In this document: in pieces, positions 34,225 to 46,232 of the stretch | Layout: the number at the start of each line of letters is the position of its first letter | Numbering within the stretch: the first letter of the stretch is position 1 | Source: Perkinsela sp. CCAP 1560/9 | Lineage: Eukaryota; Protista; Euglenozoa: Kinetoplastea | Assembly (NCBI GenBank): GCA_965644495.1 | Contig: CBFFSA010000002.1 | Location: forward strand, 1,240,001-1,304,000 | DNA: 64,000 nucleotides | Direction of reading: 5' to 3' | The notes under the pieces: generated by a model | Database searches by the model: none | What the model saw: only the letters and a program-made list of their open reading frames with translations | Told to the model about the DNA's origin: nothing | Translations under genes and position numbers: made by a program

Positions 34225-35799
34225 TCATGTAAGTGCTCTACTTGCACGATTAAGTGTGCTTTGAGACAAGCCCAACTTTTTATTTTTCAATTGCGCTATA
34301 TACGCTAAGTACTCATCTCTGGTTTTCTGTACTTTTTTAAGTTCGTCATGCAAAATTTCCTCATTTTGCTCATCATGCGTCGCTTGCTGAACTTGCAGCT
34401 CCAAACTTTCAACATCTCGTTCACACATTTCTTTCTTTCTATGACATGCAGAAATCAATAATTCGATAGAGGAACGCCAATACGCATCGTAACGACGCGT
34501 CCGTGATTGAACTCGAAATATTTCGGACCCAAGTTTTTGCTGGTCCTCCTTCACATCGAAGATAAAAGACCGACTGTAATCTTGAAACTTAGTTTTAATC
34601 TCATCCGTATCACGTAGGACTTGCTGGACGTGCGAAAGTGTTTTCTCTAAAAGGCGTTCATGATTCTGCAAGGCAGAATGTCGTCGAGTGCGTTGCATTC
34701 TTACAGATTTCTTATCACATGCAAGTTGCATGTAGTTTCTTGTATCTGCGTCATGTTGTTCCATTAAATCTTCTATTTGAGAGAGACTTTCGGCCACATG
34801 ATTCCATAACTGGTCCCTCTTCTGGGAAGTAGCCTGCATACGTTTGCTAAGAAACTCTTGTGTTGTGTAGACGTTATCGTCATCGGTTGAACACAAATAC
34901 ACTTTAAACCTTGAAAGCTTTTGTAAGTCTGATTCTGCTCTTTGTTGCAATTGCTCTACCGAACTTCGAATTTCGTGCGTGCATGTGGATACTTGCCTAA
35001 TAGGCTCATTGAATACGTCAATGTCAGAGAAATTACGTAATTTGTTGGTGTGAAGGCCCAATGAATGTACTTTGCGATGCAGAAACCTCAAGTGTGACTC
35101 GATTCGTTCAGAAAGAAAGTTTTCCTCTCGTTTAATGTCCGAAAGACTTCTTTCAGGGATAGAATTCTCAGAGGTGCCCTTCAAGCTTAAGGGACGACGC
35201 AACATTGCTTGTCTCTGAGCAAAAGAATCGTCGATCTCGGAACTCGTTTTCTCATTTTCATCAGAATCTTTTGAGGTCTCCAAAATCTGGTGGCGCAATT
35301 CTAAAAATTCCGTTATTTTATGAAGTTCTACCTTGACGATCGCCAGCAATGCATTCTGCTCTTTGGAATTTTCCAAGAAAATATTTTTCATTAGGCGAAT
35401 AACCCCTTTCATGCTATCAATTGCTTTGTGTAACGAAATGTGCATGCTGTTAGTGATATTCGACAAATGAGAAAGTTCGAGCTCTAAAGTACCATAGTAA
35501 GAGTCCCCCAGAGTTGTTTGCAAGGGAACAGTGCTCTCCAATAGTTCGTGTGGCCAAACTTCTAAGCCGAGTTCCTTCATCAATTTAAATTCATCTTGCT
35601 CTGCAATGTCTTCAAACTCAATTTGATTTATTGCTTCAATTTGTTGTACTATCTTTTCCGAAGTGAAATTTTTTCGAGCATCCTGCACAGACTCTCTGAC
35701 AGCTTTGAGTAACTTTATATTGAATTCTTTTTGGACAACCCAATTTTCATTCCAATGTTGCGGTGTCGTTTTATTCTTTCCTGCCCCCGAAGTTTCCAT
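34225..35799 (-). CDS. Divergent paraflagellar rod (PFR1/2-like) coiled-coil protein
   Basis: Collinear with PFR motifs recalled from memory: KLMKELGLE..HEL, LQQRAESDLQKL, RDQLWNHVAE, HERLLEKTL, LKKVQKTRDEY..QLKNK. Confidence 0.65.
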   Translation of the reverse strand: METSGAGKNKTTPQHWNENWVVQKEFNIKLLKAVRESVQDARKNFTSEKIVQQIEAINQIEFEDIAEQDEFKLMKELGLEVWPHELLESTVPLQTTLGDSYYGTLELELSHLSNITNSMHISLHKAIDSMKGVIRLMKNIFLENSKEQNALLAIVKVELHKITEFLELRHQILETSKDSDENEKTSSEIDDSFAQRQAMLRRPLSLKGTSENSIPERSLSDIKREENFLSERIESHLRFLHRKVHSLGLHTNKLRNFSDIDVFNEPIRQVSTCTHEIRSSVEQLQQRAESDLQKLSRFKVYLCSTDDDNVYTTQEFLSKRMQATSQKRDQLWNHVAESLSQIEDLMEQHDADTRNYMQLACDKKSVRMQRTRRHSALQNHERLLEKTLSHVQQVLRDTDEIKTKFQDYSRSFIFDVKEDQQKLGSEIFRVQSRTRRYDAYWRSSIELLISACHRKKEMCERDVESLELQVQQATHDEQNEEILHDELKKVQKTRDEYLAYIAQLKNKKLGLSQSTLNRASRALT

Positions 35800-36223
35800 A
35801 CAGAAATTATAATACTGGTATACTGCACGTAAAAAAATCTTTTAAAAAATTGTAAGGCTATTTACTGTGACTAATGTAGACGAACGTACAGTATAATCTG
35901 CTTAAAATGATTAAAAATTAATATGAAGATAAAATATGAGCACTATACAAGTATCTTCTTTAAACACACACTGAGAGTACGACGTCGCAGTTCAAAGTCG
36001 CAAATCTGGAATTCTGGCATACCGATTTAGAATGGCGAAAATGGATTACATGAATACAGTTTCGTTTTCAGAACTTATTAAATACCAGAAATATTTCTCC
36101 CGTAAGAAATAATTATGAAAATAATTATGAAAACGAAAGACAAGTTGACATCACGTCAGCAATTGTAAAAAAAGTACAAAATATGGTATAATATTCATAA
36201 TTTTCTTTTTAGGGGTCCATCTT

Positions 36224-36718
36224 TTATATACGTTGCAGTTCCGTCGAAATGTTGTAAGGAATATTCTCTCCAAAGCTTGTTAGCTGATTCCGGGTAAAGT
36301 CAACCCAGAACAGATTCGGTGGTAGGCTACTGAGATCTACAACCCCGTCCCAGTGGTTTTGGGACTATCCCCACATTCATGTATATGAGAGAAAGGGCAA
36401 AAGAACGGTGTATTCGAAAGAATCGTATTCAGAAGAATACGAAGATTCCGAAGAAGAATACGAAGATTCCGAAGAAGAAGAATACGAAGATTCCGAGCCA
36501 CTGGAAGTTGAGTAGCTGGATGAACTAGACAATACACGTACGTCGTCGTGCGGCGAATCATATCCTAGAGAAGCACACGAACCATTCGACGAAAAAGAAG
36601 ACGATTCTTGTGATTCAGAGAAATCTGATTCCATTTCATCTGATGGGTTCCAATCAGAATCATTTTCATCCGAAAGAGTGACCCCGCCCGACAGCTCTTC
36701 GCTATCGCTAGAATTCAT
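36224..36718 (-). pseudogene. LRR gene remnant with a Ser/Glu-rich N-terminus
   Basis: After two in-frame stops the same frame reads SQNHWDGVVDLSSLPPNLFWVDFTRNQL; 18-21-bp repeat gaagaatacgaagattcc x3. Confidence 0.6.
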
Positions 36719-36870
36719 ATGTCGTTAAAGGAAAAAGATCGGGAGTAATGTTAAAAACTGGTTAAATTTTCTCAATAATTCTTACGAAAACTCCAAAAGT
36801 CACATTAAATGCACAAAAAAGAGGATAAAATACAAATAATTAAAATATTAGTCTTTTGCGCCTTTCGACA

Positions 36871-37773
36871 CTATTTTTGCGGTCTTCTCTGTAGTAATGT
36901 GAGGAAGCCTGAAAAAAAATTATCAAAAAACAAAACGCGTAGCTCTCTAAAGGTTAGTCCCATTTTTGATGAACGGGGTTGTACACTTCCCTCATACATA
37001 TTCTTTTGCAGGTGCAAATACCGCAAACTTTCCGGAAGATTCGTTAAATTAATTTTGCCTTCAAAGCGATTGCAATCTAGTCCCAAGTTGTTTAGATTAG
37101 GCGGGAGTGCTGTGAGGTCTGTATTTCCACAGAAGCGGTTCCCAGAAAGACGTATGCGAATTAATGTGCGTGGAAGATTTGTTAAAGAAACCTCTCCAGC
37201 GAATTCATTCGAAGACAGTCGTAGGTCCATAAGACTCGGAGGAAGATAATTCAAAGAAATTTCCCCCGATAATTGATTATCCGAAAGAATCAAAACATTG
37301 AGATCATGCGGTAAATGATTCAAGTCAATCGACCCTTCGAAGTTATTTTCTGCGAGACAAAGTATTTTCATAATTCGTGGCATTTCCGACAAGTCCAGCT
37401 GGCTTACTAATTCACAATCGCTTAAGTACAGAGTGTGTATTTTTTCCGTCAAACAACCAAGAGGCAATGACCACCCTAATTTGTTACGAGAACCTCGAAA
37501 GTACTCGAGTGAGCGTGGCATGTTCTCCCAGGAAAGCGGACCGCGTAGGCCAATAGAAGCCCAGTTCAGCTCGAGTAGTATACGCTCGTCATCGCAGCGC
37601 GCTCCGTACCATTCGCAAGCCTCTGTGTTAGGGGTCCATGTTGGCTCGCTGTGTGAGACATTTCGAACGAAACGAACTAATTCGTACTCTGTGGGAAGCA
37701 CAGACCCCCGGACTTTACCGGAACGAGTTAAAGGTGTAGTGTAATCAAAGTCAGCAGCAGAAACTGTGATCAT
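36871..37773 (-). CDS. LRR protein
   Basis: TRSGKVRGSVLPTEYEL...ACEWYGARC cap plus ~8 LRRs. Confidence 0.88.
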   Translation of the reverse strand: MITVSAADFDYTTPLTRSGKVRGSVLPTEYELVRFVRNVSHSEPTWTPNTEACEWYGARCDDERILLELNWASIGLRGPLSWENMPRSLEYFRGSRNKLGWSLPLGCLTEKIHTLYLSDCELVSQLDLSEMPRIMKILCLAENNFEGSIDLNHLPHDLNVLILSDNQLSGEISLNYLPPSLMDLRLSSNEFAGEVSLTNLPRTLIRIRLSGNRFCGNTDLTALPPNLNNLGLDCNRFEGKINLTNLPESLRYLHLQKNMYEGSVQPRSSKMGLTFRELRVLFFDNFFSGFLTLLQRRPQK

Positions 37774-38032
37774 GTGAGAAGAAATACAAACAAATGTGGT
37801 ATTATAATATATAACAAATGCGGTCTTAATGGAAAGTGACCGAAGAAAAAAGCGGTTTGATAGTTATGATGGATTACATAGATGTAGATTTACCAAAAAG
37901 AGTGTCTTTCTGTCTTATCTAAAGTACCTCCTAATGCCAAAATGAAAGTATGGAACGTGCTGCATATCAAATAAAATTATGTGTTTCGTAAAACGTTGTC
38001 CAATGATTTGACGAGTTTGGAGGAAAGCTCTC

Positions 38033-38605
38033 CTATGAGACTCCTATGAGACGTAAATGGTGCTGCAGAAACGACATAGCTTCTGGAGGGTAGAGAACCC
38101 CTTTTGATGAATAAAAGCCACAAAGCTTCCGCTCGACGTCCAGTGCCGCTTGAGACGAAACTGAGGCGCCGTAGATCCCCGTCCACTTTCCCAAAGTGGA
38201 GGATTCAAAAGTGACAAATCGAACCCGTACAGACTCTCTATTTTCAGTTAAGTCAGTGGTTACTTGTAACACATACGGGTGTTTTGCTGTAGGAGAGGTT
38301 ACGAGAAGAGATTTCCTCTCTACAACGGACCCTACGAACCAAAGAACGACGCTCTGAGCATAATAGCAAGCAATGCAAAATGCCATAAGAGTTGTTACTT
38401 TGAATAACGGATAGTAAACAGAGTAAACGTGAAGAGCTATTGCGGTAAAAATTGCGGAAGCACTAAGTAGCTGACGTAACGTCCAAGCAGTACGGTTCTC
38501 CACAAAACCATATTGTGTTACAAGAATCTCGTGAATACATTCATCGAGTCGCCGATGCATTTGCTCGGGATCGTTAACCGGTACTGGCGCAGCAAGGTCA
38601 ATCAT
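38033..38605 (-). CDS. SPCS2: Signal peptidase complex subunit 2 (SPC25 family)
   Basis: VNDPEQMHRRLDECI..YGFVEN, two hydrophobic helices, C-terminal FYSSKGVL; likely ATG at 38605. Confidence 0.75.
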   Translation of the reverse strand: MIDLAAPVPVNDPEQMHRRLDECIHEILVTQYGFVENRTAWTLRQLLSASAIFTAIALHVYSVYYPLFKVTTLMAFCIACYYAQSVVLWFVGSVVERKSLLVTSPTAKHPYVLQVTTDLTENRESVRVRFVTFESSTLGKWTGIYGASVSSQAALDVERKLCGFYSSKGVLYPPEAMSFLQHHLRLIGVS

Positions 38606-39380
38606 ATCACAAGTGTTATACAAGCAATCGAAGAAAATTATATGAAACAAGTACGGAAATGAGTATACGAAGGGAAGGGAAGAGATTTCTTCCCTTAACG
38701 AAGTTAAAATTGTAGAATAGGCTACGTATGCAAAGGTGCACGATTCAATTCCAAAGAGCATGAAAACAAAAATATTTAGCAATCTTCTTTTACTACACCT
38801 TTCTCTGTTTTAAGAAAGTTTAAGGTTTCTTACTTAGTTCGCGGTGTACGCCGCGAACAAGTCACCTGTTTCTGCTTGATAACTAATAATAGATTTGAAA
38901 TCGTTTAGGCGTGTACGCTCCGTAATATTGGGATACTTACGTTACCTCCTGCAGTGTACTTGTATGTACATCACATAGTCTCTTACAATGTAAGATGGAT
39001 GTAAGATGGACAGAATATGGAAGGAAAAACTGAACACTTTACTCGGATGAGCTGATTGCTTGTCATATGCGTAAAATATAGATTACAGTTCCCGCCCAAC
39101 AGTATTAACACAATGTACTGCTCAACATCTCAAATGACTTTTGATTCAGTGACATTGGACTTCACGATCCAGACAATTCCCTTCATACTGCATAGCTCCA
39201 CTTCATGCTGTATTGCTTGTATCCTGATGTAAATGAGTAGCATTGTTTCCCCAGGTAGAGTAAGATCCAATCAGAAAAAAACCATCGAAAATGCTTACCC
39301 TAACAAGAAAAGGTAAAAACCTACGAAGGACCATTTGCCTAACGACAGTTCACAGAAAGGCTCGGGTACTTCTTACAGGA

Positions 39381-40565
39381 CTATGATATGCAGCATGAAG
39401 ATTTCCCAGTAAATGTAATGTTTTTCTCATTTTGCGGATTAAAAGTGAGTTGCAGCCCTTTGTATGCAGAAAAGATCGTTTCATCAACCTCTCCGGTAAG
39501 AAAGTTATTTTGAATCGATAACACGCGCAACAAGGGCGGCAACTTTGTGAGGCAAAGACTTCCAATAAACAAATTCCCATTCAGGTGCAAAGTTTTTATA
39601 GCGGGAGGTAAGTGCAACAGATCCAGCGTGGCACTTAAAGCATTGTTATCCAGTGCAAGAAACTCAAGACATGACGGCAACATGTTCAAATAAATACCAC
39701 CCGCTAGCCTATTCTGCGATAGGTTCAACTCAAGCAAGGAAAACGGCAAAAAGTTCAAGCAAATATCACCACTAAACCGATTATGCCCAGCTCCCACAAA
39801 TTGCAACCCCGTCGGAAGCGTCGTAAGATCCAGCTCCCCGGTAAAGCCATTTTCATACACCCCCAGCACCACGAGTTCGCGCGGGAGGGTCTCTGTGCGA
39901 ATCCCCCCGGTAAACCGGTTCGCCCCGAGCTCCAGCACACGCAGCCCCGGCGGGAGCTGTGCGAACTCCACAGCCCCGGTGAACCGATTATGGTGCAGCG
40001 AGAGGCGTTGGAGGGAGCGGGAGAGGTACTCGGGGCTGACCACCCCGCCGAGTTGGTTCTCCCCCACCGAGAGCACCTGGAGCCGTGGGAGTCGATGGGT
40101 GGCATAGAGCCCCCCGGAGAAGGTGTTGCGCGCGAGACGTAGGGTCTCGAGGGCGGTACACCGCTCCGGGATGTCGATACGACCGCTGAGGGCGTTGTCT
40201 CGGAGGTTAACATGGACCGTGGTGGAGGGGAGCGCGGGCCAGTGGATACTGCCCTCGAGTCCCGTCACGGCCCAGTCAATGGAGATTACGGCGCCATCGG
40301 GGTCGCATTTGACCCCACGCCACTGGTGGACGGGGAGGAAGCAGACGGGGTCGCTGGGGTGGGCGGAGAGCGTGGATTGGAACCACTCCCCGGGGTTGTA
40401 GAGGTACTTGACAAAGGCCTGGAGTTGAGTCTCTACGGAGGGTGACGCGGTGAAGGAAAGGGAGCGACGGGTGAGTGGAGAGGTTGCTTTTTGGTCTTTG
40501 TCGAAGTTGGAAGAGGGATCAAGAGAGTGCACGAATGCAGAGGGTGCGCTGTGAAGGAATAGCAT
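39381..40565 (-). CDS. LRR protein with C-terminal CaaX (CCIS)
   Basis: HQWRGVKC cap, ~12 LRRs, ends GKSSCCIS*; ATG at 40565 follows a pyrimidine tract. Confidence 0.88.
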   Translation of the reverse strand: MLFLHSAPSAFVHSLDPSSNFDKDQKATSPLTRRSLSFTASPSVETQLQAFVKYLYNPGEWFQSTLSAHPSDPVCFLPVHQWRGVKCDPDGAVISIDWAVTGLEGSIHWPALPSTTVHVNLRDNALSGRIDIPERCTALETLRLARNTFSGGLYATHRLPRLQVLSVGENQLGGVVSPEYLSRSLQRLSLHHNRFTGAVEFAQLPPGLRVLELGANRFTGGIRTETLPRELVVLGVYENGFTGELDLTTLPTGLQFVGAGHNRFSGDICLNFLPFSLLELNLSQNRLAGGIYLNMLPSCLEFLALDNNALSATLDLLHLPPAIKTLHLNGNLFIGSLCLTKLPPLLRVLSIQNNFLTGEVDETIFSAYKGLQLTFNPQNEKNITFTGKSSCCIS

Positions 40566-41269
40566 GGAGAGAGAAAAAAGAAAAAAAAACACCCCAGTGC
40601 TCTTTTCAAGACAGAAAAGTGATGGTTCTTGCGATAGCTTTTGTACATGTACAAAATGTACATACAGAAAGGGAGGGAATTCGTAAGGGTTCACGTAACG
40701 TATACAGAAAGGGAGGGAATTCGTAAGGATTCAGCTACTAGTCGTGCTTGTAGAATGTTTATTTTCATAGACAGGCAGAATGCCTGGAGTCCAACGGACC
40801 GAAACTATTAATCATCATTTAGAGTAGTTCGTGATAAGAAAAAGTCCCCCCTTTTTTGTAAGAAAAAACTTACAAAAAAAGTGTGTAAGTGGCTAACTTA
40901 GAGGAATGAAACTTAAAAAAACGTCACCTGGACGAACCGAAGCGAACCGAGGCGAACCGACCCAATCCCATTGAAACCAATGACGATTTCTACTTGGCGT
41001 TTTTTTCAAAGCTAGCTGCAAACTTTTCATGTTCAAAAAAATGTGCACTTCTATATGATTTTCTTGTATACTCCCACATTACACGCTGCAGTCCTAGAGG
41101 CACAGTTCTGGTACTGTGAAGTGAAGTCTTTACTGGAGGACGGAGAAAACCTCTAGTATCATGGAAATTTTCCTTGCAGTATGGAGGTGCCTGTGATGGT
41201 ACGGACGCATGTAAGTGTTTGTAAATTTCTTGTTGACTTATTTCTCCTTTCCTTCTTTACTCCCCCCCC

Positions 41270-41975
41270 CCCCATGGCAGAACTCCCCAAGGGTCTATTG
41301 TTCTGTGCGTACTGTGGCTCGAAGTTCGAACCACCCTCCCCTCCCACCGGCTGTGCCCGACGTGTGCACACACAACCGGCCAGGCGTACCGACCCATCTG
41401 GGACGCACCCTCATCTCTTGGGCCAGCCCACGGCGGACGCAAGCAGAACACCTCCTCGCGTGAGTCCTCCCGTTCCCTCTCCCGCGATAGCAGGCCGTGC
41501 CTCTTTTGCACGCAGCCGTTCTCCCCTGGACATCATTTCCACCGTTTCTGTCCCGTGTGCGCGGAATTGAGGGCCCAGCGCCAGAGCTCGGCCCCCCACC
41601 CATCACCCGGATCCAAGTGGACGAAAGGTTCATTGGAAAGCGAAAGTAAAAGTAGGCGCCAGCGGAAGAGGATGGTGGTTTACCACCGTCATGGAGATCC
41701 GCGGACAAGGAATGGGAAGAACCCATTGGAAGTTATTCAAACGCAGAGACGCTGAAATATTACATATCTTCATCCTGTCGCACTTGACGAGCGCGAGGGC
41801 TGTTGTTTTCACTGACTGTTGGGGGGCGTTTACCATTCTGGGGGACTTTTGACGCCACCACGCTGTCAATCACAACGTTTGTGAACTTCCAAGGCTACCA
41901 CACTAACACCGCTGAAGAGTCGAATCGCATCATCAAAGACTGGGTGAGAAAACAGCACTGTAATTTTGGTGAGAA
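41270..41975 (+). pseudogene. Merlin/IS1595-family transposase, degraded
   Basis: Across frames: CAYC, IQVDERFIGKRK, RRDAEIL, VVFTDCWGA, AVNH, GYHTNTAE. Confidence 0.75.
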
Positions 41976-42530
41976 GTGCAACGTAAAGTTGAAGGTGAGC
42001 GACAACGATGTGCCATTAAGGACATTCATGATTTTTGTGATTGTGTTCAATATTTAAGGACATTCATGATTTTTGTGATTGTATTCATACATTCCAAAGA
42101 AATAGAGGAAGTAGTAAAGGTGCGTATAGATCATGGCGGTTTTTTACTTATGAGAGCATGAGAAGATTTTGTACAAGATTTTATCTTCGTTCTACAACAT
42201 ATTCTTCACAAGTACACATGTGGCCACACCACCGATGACGCGTCCCTTCCGTTGCTGCCTTTACTGCAGTGTAAGCAAACATCTTCTGTAAATTGCAGAA
42301 CATCCTTTTTAGCCTAAATTGACAAAATTGAACAGCCGATTCCGGATGTAAACCGATGAGTGATTAAAAACATAGACTTTTAGTAAAATATGCACGGCTA
42401 GTGAAATATAATAATTCCCATGCTGTGCGTGTAGTGACTACGTTTCGAAAACGCTTCATTCAGTGTTCAGTAAGTCCAGTTCCAGATTTCGTATATTTCT
42501 CGTTGGCTGCTTGCACCCCATGCGCTTACT

Positions 42531-43640
42531 CTACGATAAGATGCATTTTTCTTTTCCAAGCTGAAGCGGCCCAGGTCGTTGAGGATTACCTGTAAACTGT
42601 GTACCAGTTGGAATTGCGGATTTATCAATAGGGCCCGTAAACTCGTTATTTTGTATTTCAAGAATTTTAAGCTCGGGCGGCAAATTTTGGATGAACAGGC
42701 GACCAAAAAATTGGTTGTCATTAAGTTGAAGAGTGTGAAGCATCTTCGGGAGGTGTGATAACTCGAGTGTTCCACTTAGTCTGTTATGCGCCAGAGAAAC
42801 TGAAACAGAAAAGGGAGGAAGCATGCTCAGATAGATCCCTCCAACCAACTCATTATTGGAAAGGTGAAGCTCAGTGAGCACCGGTGGTAAATACGACAGG
42901 CAGATTTCGCCATGAAGCCTGTTATACATAACGTCTAGTGACTTCAACCGAGAAGGGAGCTCGGTGAGGTCTAGAGACCCAATCAGTCGATTGTGATCGA
43001 GCCCCAGAATTTCTAAAGCCGGCGGAAGGCCCACCAATGATATCTCCCCTGTGAGGTGATTCGACCCCAGAAACAGCACGTGCAGCCCTGCGGGAAGTGC
43101 GCTCAGCTCGAGGCTTCCCCCCAAAGCATTGTGGTGCAATGAAAGACCACGGAGAGAGGGGGCCAGTTCCTCCAGCCGCAGCTGACCGCTGAGAAGGTTC
43201 TCACTCAGAAACAACCTCCGTAGTACACGGAGCCCCAGAGTGGGATATAATCGTCCGGAAAATGTGTTCCTCGAGAGCCGCACAATCTCAAGCGAGGTGC
43301 AATGTTCGGGAAGTACGACGGAGCCACCGAGAGCATTCTGGCGCAAGCTGATCTCACGCAGACTCCGTGGCAGAGCGGCCCAGTTGATGCCGCCCTCCAG
43401 ACCCATCTCGCCCCAAGAAATGCGCTGGATTTGACCGTCGGGGTTACATGTGACCCCTTCCCATTGGTGAGCGGGGAAGGGGAGATCACACCCGGACGAA
43501 GTAGGGCGCAACCACGAGTCGTGAGGATTGTAAATGTATTGAACCAAATTCTGTAGCTGCAGCTCCGGGGAGAGGTCGGCGTTTAGCGGGGGAAGGGCTT
43601 GCGAAGAGGACTCCGAGAGGTGATGGGAAGAGGTATCCAT
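42531..43640 (-). CDS. LRR protein with C-terminal CaaX (CILS)
   Basis: HQWEGVTC cap, ~12 LRRs, ends GKEKCILS*; paralogue of 39381-40565. Confidence 0.9.
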   Translation of the reverse strand: MDTSSHHLSESSSQALPPLNADLSPELQLQNLVQYIYNPHDSWLRPTSSGCDLPFPAHQWEGVTCNPDGQIQRISWGEMGLEGGINWAALPRSLREISLRQNALGGSVVLPEHCTSLEIVRLSRNTFSGRLYPTLGLRVLRRLFLSENLLSGQLRLEELAPSLRGLSLHHNALGGSLELSALPAGLHVLFLGSNHLTGEISLVGLPPALEILGLDHNRLIGSLDLTELPSRLKSLDVMYNRLHGEICLSYLPPVLTELHLSNNELVGGIYLSMLPPFSVSVSLAHNRLSGTLELSHLPKMLHTLQLNDNQFFGRLFIQNLPPELKILEIQNNEFTGPIDKSAIPTGTQFTGNPQRPGPLQLGKEKCILS

Positions 43641-44124
43641 GAACAGAAAGGAATCCGCGAAGGATTTACAGAATCTTAGGGTTTTAAAAAACTCTTTTAG
43701 ATTTTATGATTCTTGTATGAACAATTCAGTTCGAAAAGAAAAGTACTGTATCCTCCTGGTTACCTGTCACTACTTTTCGGGAAAAGGTGAAATATACGAA
43801 AACAAGAAAAGGTGAGATATACACCTGTATACTGTGACCCCCCCTTTAATATGCACCCCCTTCTTACCCCCCTTTAATATGCACAAAATGGAGGCTGAAG
43901 AAAATATGTGTAGTGGGACCCCCCCTTTAATATGCAGAAAATTGAAGTTGAAGAAAGTTCGTGTGGTGGGACCGATTTGATTTTTTCTTTTTTTATTCTG
44001 TTTGGAAAGTCACTTAGGCTACCAACTTCCAACAATAAACTTCCAACTTCCAACAATAAGTTACTCAATACTGTAGACTTTTTAGCTTTCTCTATCTGCT
44101 CTATCTGTTTCTCTTCGTCAACAC

Positions 44125-46232
44125 ATGCCGCACACGGACGGTGTACCGACAACCGTGTATATGATAAAAGGTCCGCTGTCGAGTTGGGCTCGGTCAGCGC
44201 CACCCTCCCCCCAGGTAGGGGAACGGGCACCTGTTCTACAAACGAAAGCACCTCCAACGGTAAACGAAAAAAAGAGGCAGCGAGTTGAACTCACAATTTA
44301 CGACAAACGCGAGATTTGTCGATCCCAGGATTCGGTGAAGGCTATTCGAGAAAAGTACGGGATATCTCGGAGAACAGTGTACGACATCCGTGCGACTGGA
44401 ATATTGAATTATCAAAAGTTAATAAATCGAGATATGGGGAACCAGCATCGTAACAGAGGGTTTAACACCAAAGGAGGTGATTACAACGACCCGGAGTCTG
44501 TCACGTACAATAAGGCAGAGGCAATGTATGAAATTCATCGTGCTTGTGAAAAGGCATCTTCCTTGTGGTGTCCCTTGACCAAATCCATTGTAATCGATCT
44601 AATACGCCAAAACACGAAGTTGACTTCGGTTTCAGCATTGGAAGACACATATGCACGCTTTCGGAAGCATTATGGGTGGGTTTGGAGAAGGTGGGGAAGG
44701 ATACAGTGCCTGGCTCCGGCAGACGTGGAACATAGGATATCACAGTGGGCGCAAAACTTTTACTTTCAGAATGCTGTTCGGAAATATTTTTTCCGAATAT
44801 TTTTCTCGGGGACGAAACGGCGATGTTCGTAAACGGTGAGGTACAAGGATATACGCTAGCGCAGATCGGATGCCCGCAACCGAAGGTGTTCGACACAAAT
44901 CCCAAGGAAACTGTTACCGTCTTCCTGGCTGGAATATATGACTTTGCTCTAGATAAGGTTTACCCTCTTTACCCAACTGTTATATTCAACCACAGCGCCA
45001 AGAATCGTGAGAGTTCTGGCATTTATGCTGAAATGACGCGCCAGGCTTCCGCTCTTACTGGAATATACGCGGATGTTAGTCAATCTGGTTGGGTAAAGGG
45101 AGATATTTATCCGCGAATGCTTCATAAGTATCTCCCCTATACGCTCGAAAACCCATCTACCGTCATTATTACGGATGATTATAGCGGGCACCGAACAGAT
45201 AATATTCCTCCAAATTGCGATCCACATACGATACCAGGAGGTTGCACAAAGGCGATACAAGTGCATGACCGAGTTTTTAACCGATTATTCAAGCGTGAAT
45301 ACAATGAGATTCTGAGTGCGTGGCGACTCGACAACACTTCTCAGAAAGTATCTCGCGCTCTGGTACTACAGTGGATAAAAGATGCGCACTCACGCGTGTG
45401 GTTGAAAAATAAGAATTCCATATTATCTGTCGTCCGTATATATATCCAGCGACCTGCAACGGAGTACCCTTGGGTAGAAAAAGCCAAACCTGGGTCCAAA
45501 ACATCTGACACGGAAACCAAAAACCAAGACGAAAACTGTTTGACCACGAGCGAAACCTCACAGATCGATGCTCCTCCCATAATTGGTGTAGATAGTTTAC
45601 TGAGCACTGGGAGTCATGATAATGAATGGAAGCGCTTTCGCGGTCCTAAGCGCTTCCTTACAACTCACGCTGTTGACACGCTGTGTCAAAACGTAATAAG
45701 GGCTTATCGGCTGTTATCCCGTGCAGAGAACGAAATAGTTTTTTTGAATACTGGAAAGACAAGATTGATGTGAGGATTCAATCGCCCACCTTCTGATCTA
45801 ATCACCACAGATTCACGCATTGTTGCCGTTCTCTTCTTTAACAATCACCTTATTTTGGTAGAACTCCGAAGGTCCCTGCTCACAGTGTATGACAGCTATG
45901 AGGCGTATTCTCCATTCGCCCGAAGCGACTTTTTAAAATTATTCTTGGAACGGGCAACTCCTCTTCTTGGGCAAGAAAGTGGGAACAATCGTGTTAAATA
46001 TGAAAAGGTCTTGCAGCAGGAGCCTATGCTAAATGAATGCGGATTGCATGTTGTTAACAACTTATGCTCTTTGTTATTCTACCCTGCAACTTTTTCTAGG
46101 GTTGACAATGTGCTTGTCAGAAAAAATCTTTCCAGGTCCTGGTGGCCTCGTGGTCCAGGAATTCCTCTACCCCCTGAACGAACAACAAATTCCGAAGAAA
46201 CCCTTGGAGAAGTGTCCGTGGAGAACGTGTGA
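44125..46232 (+). pseudogene. pogo DD30D transposase fused to a Ulp1/C48-like protease domain (1 frameshift, 1 TGA)
   Basis: RVELTIYDKREI HTH, GDETAMF, TDDYSGH...IQVHD; in frame after TGA 45771-45773: NNHL, VYDS, QQ, NECG. Confidence 0.8.

Noticed and set aside
38606-38782. N-terminal extensions of SPCS2 (and 40566-40694 of the LRR gene)
   Set aside because: Opened at non-ATG codons and upstream of the homologous region; probably UTR.
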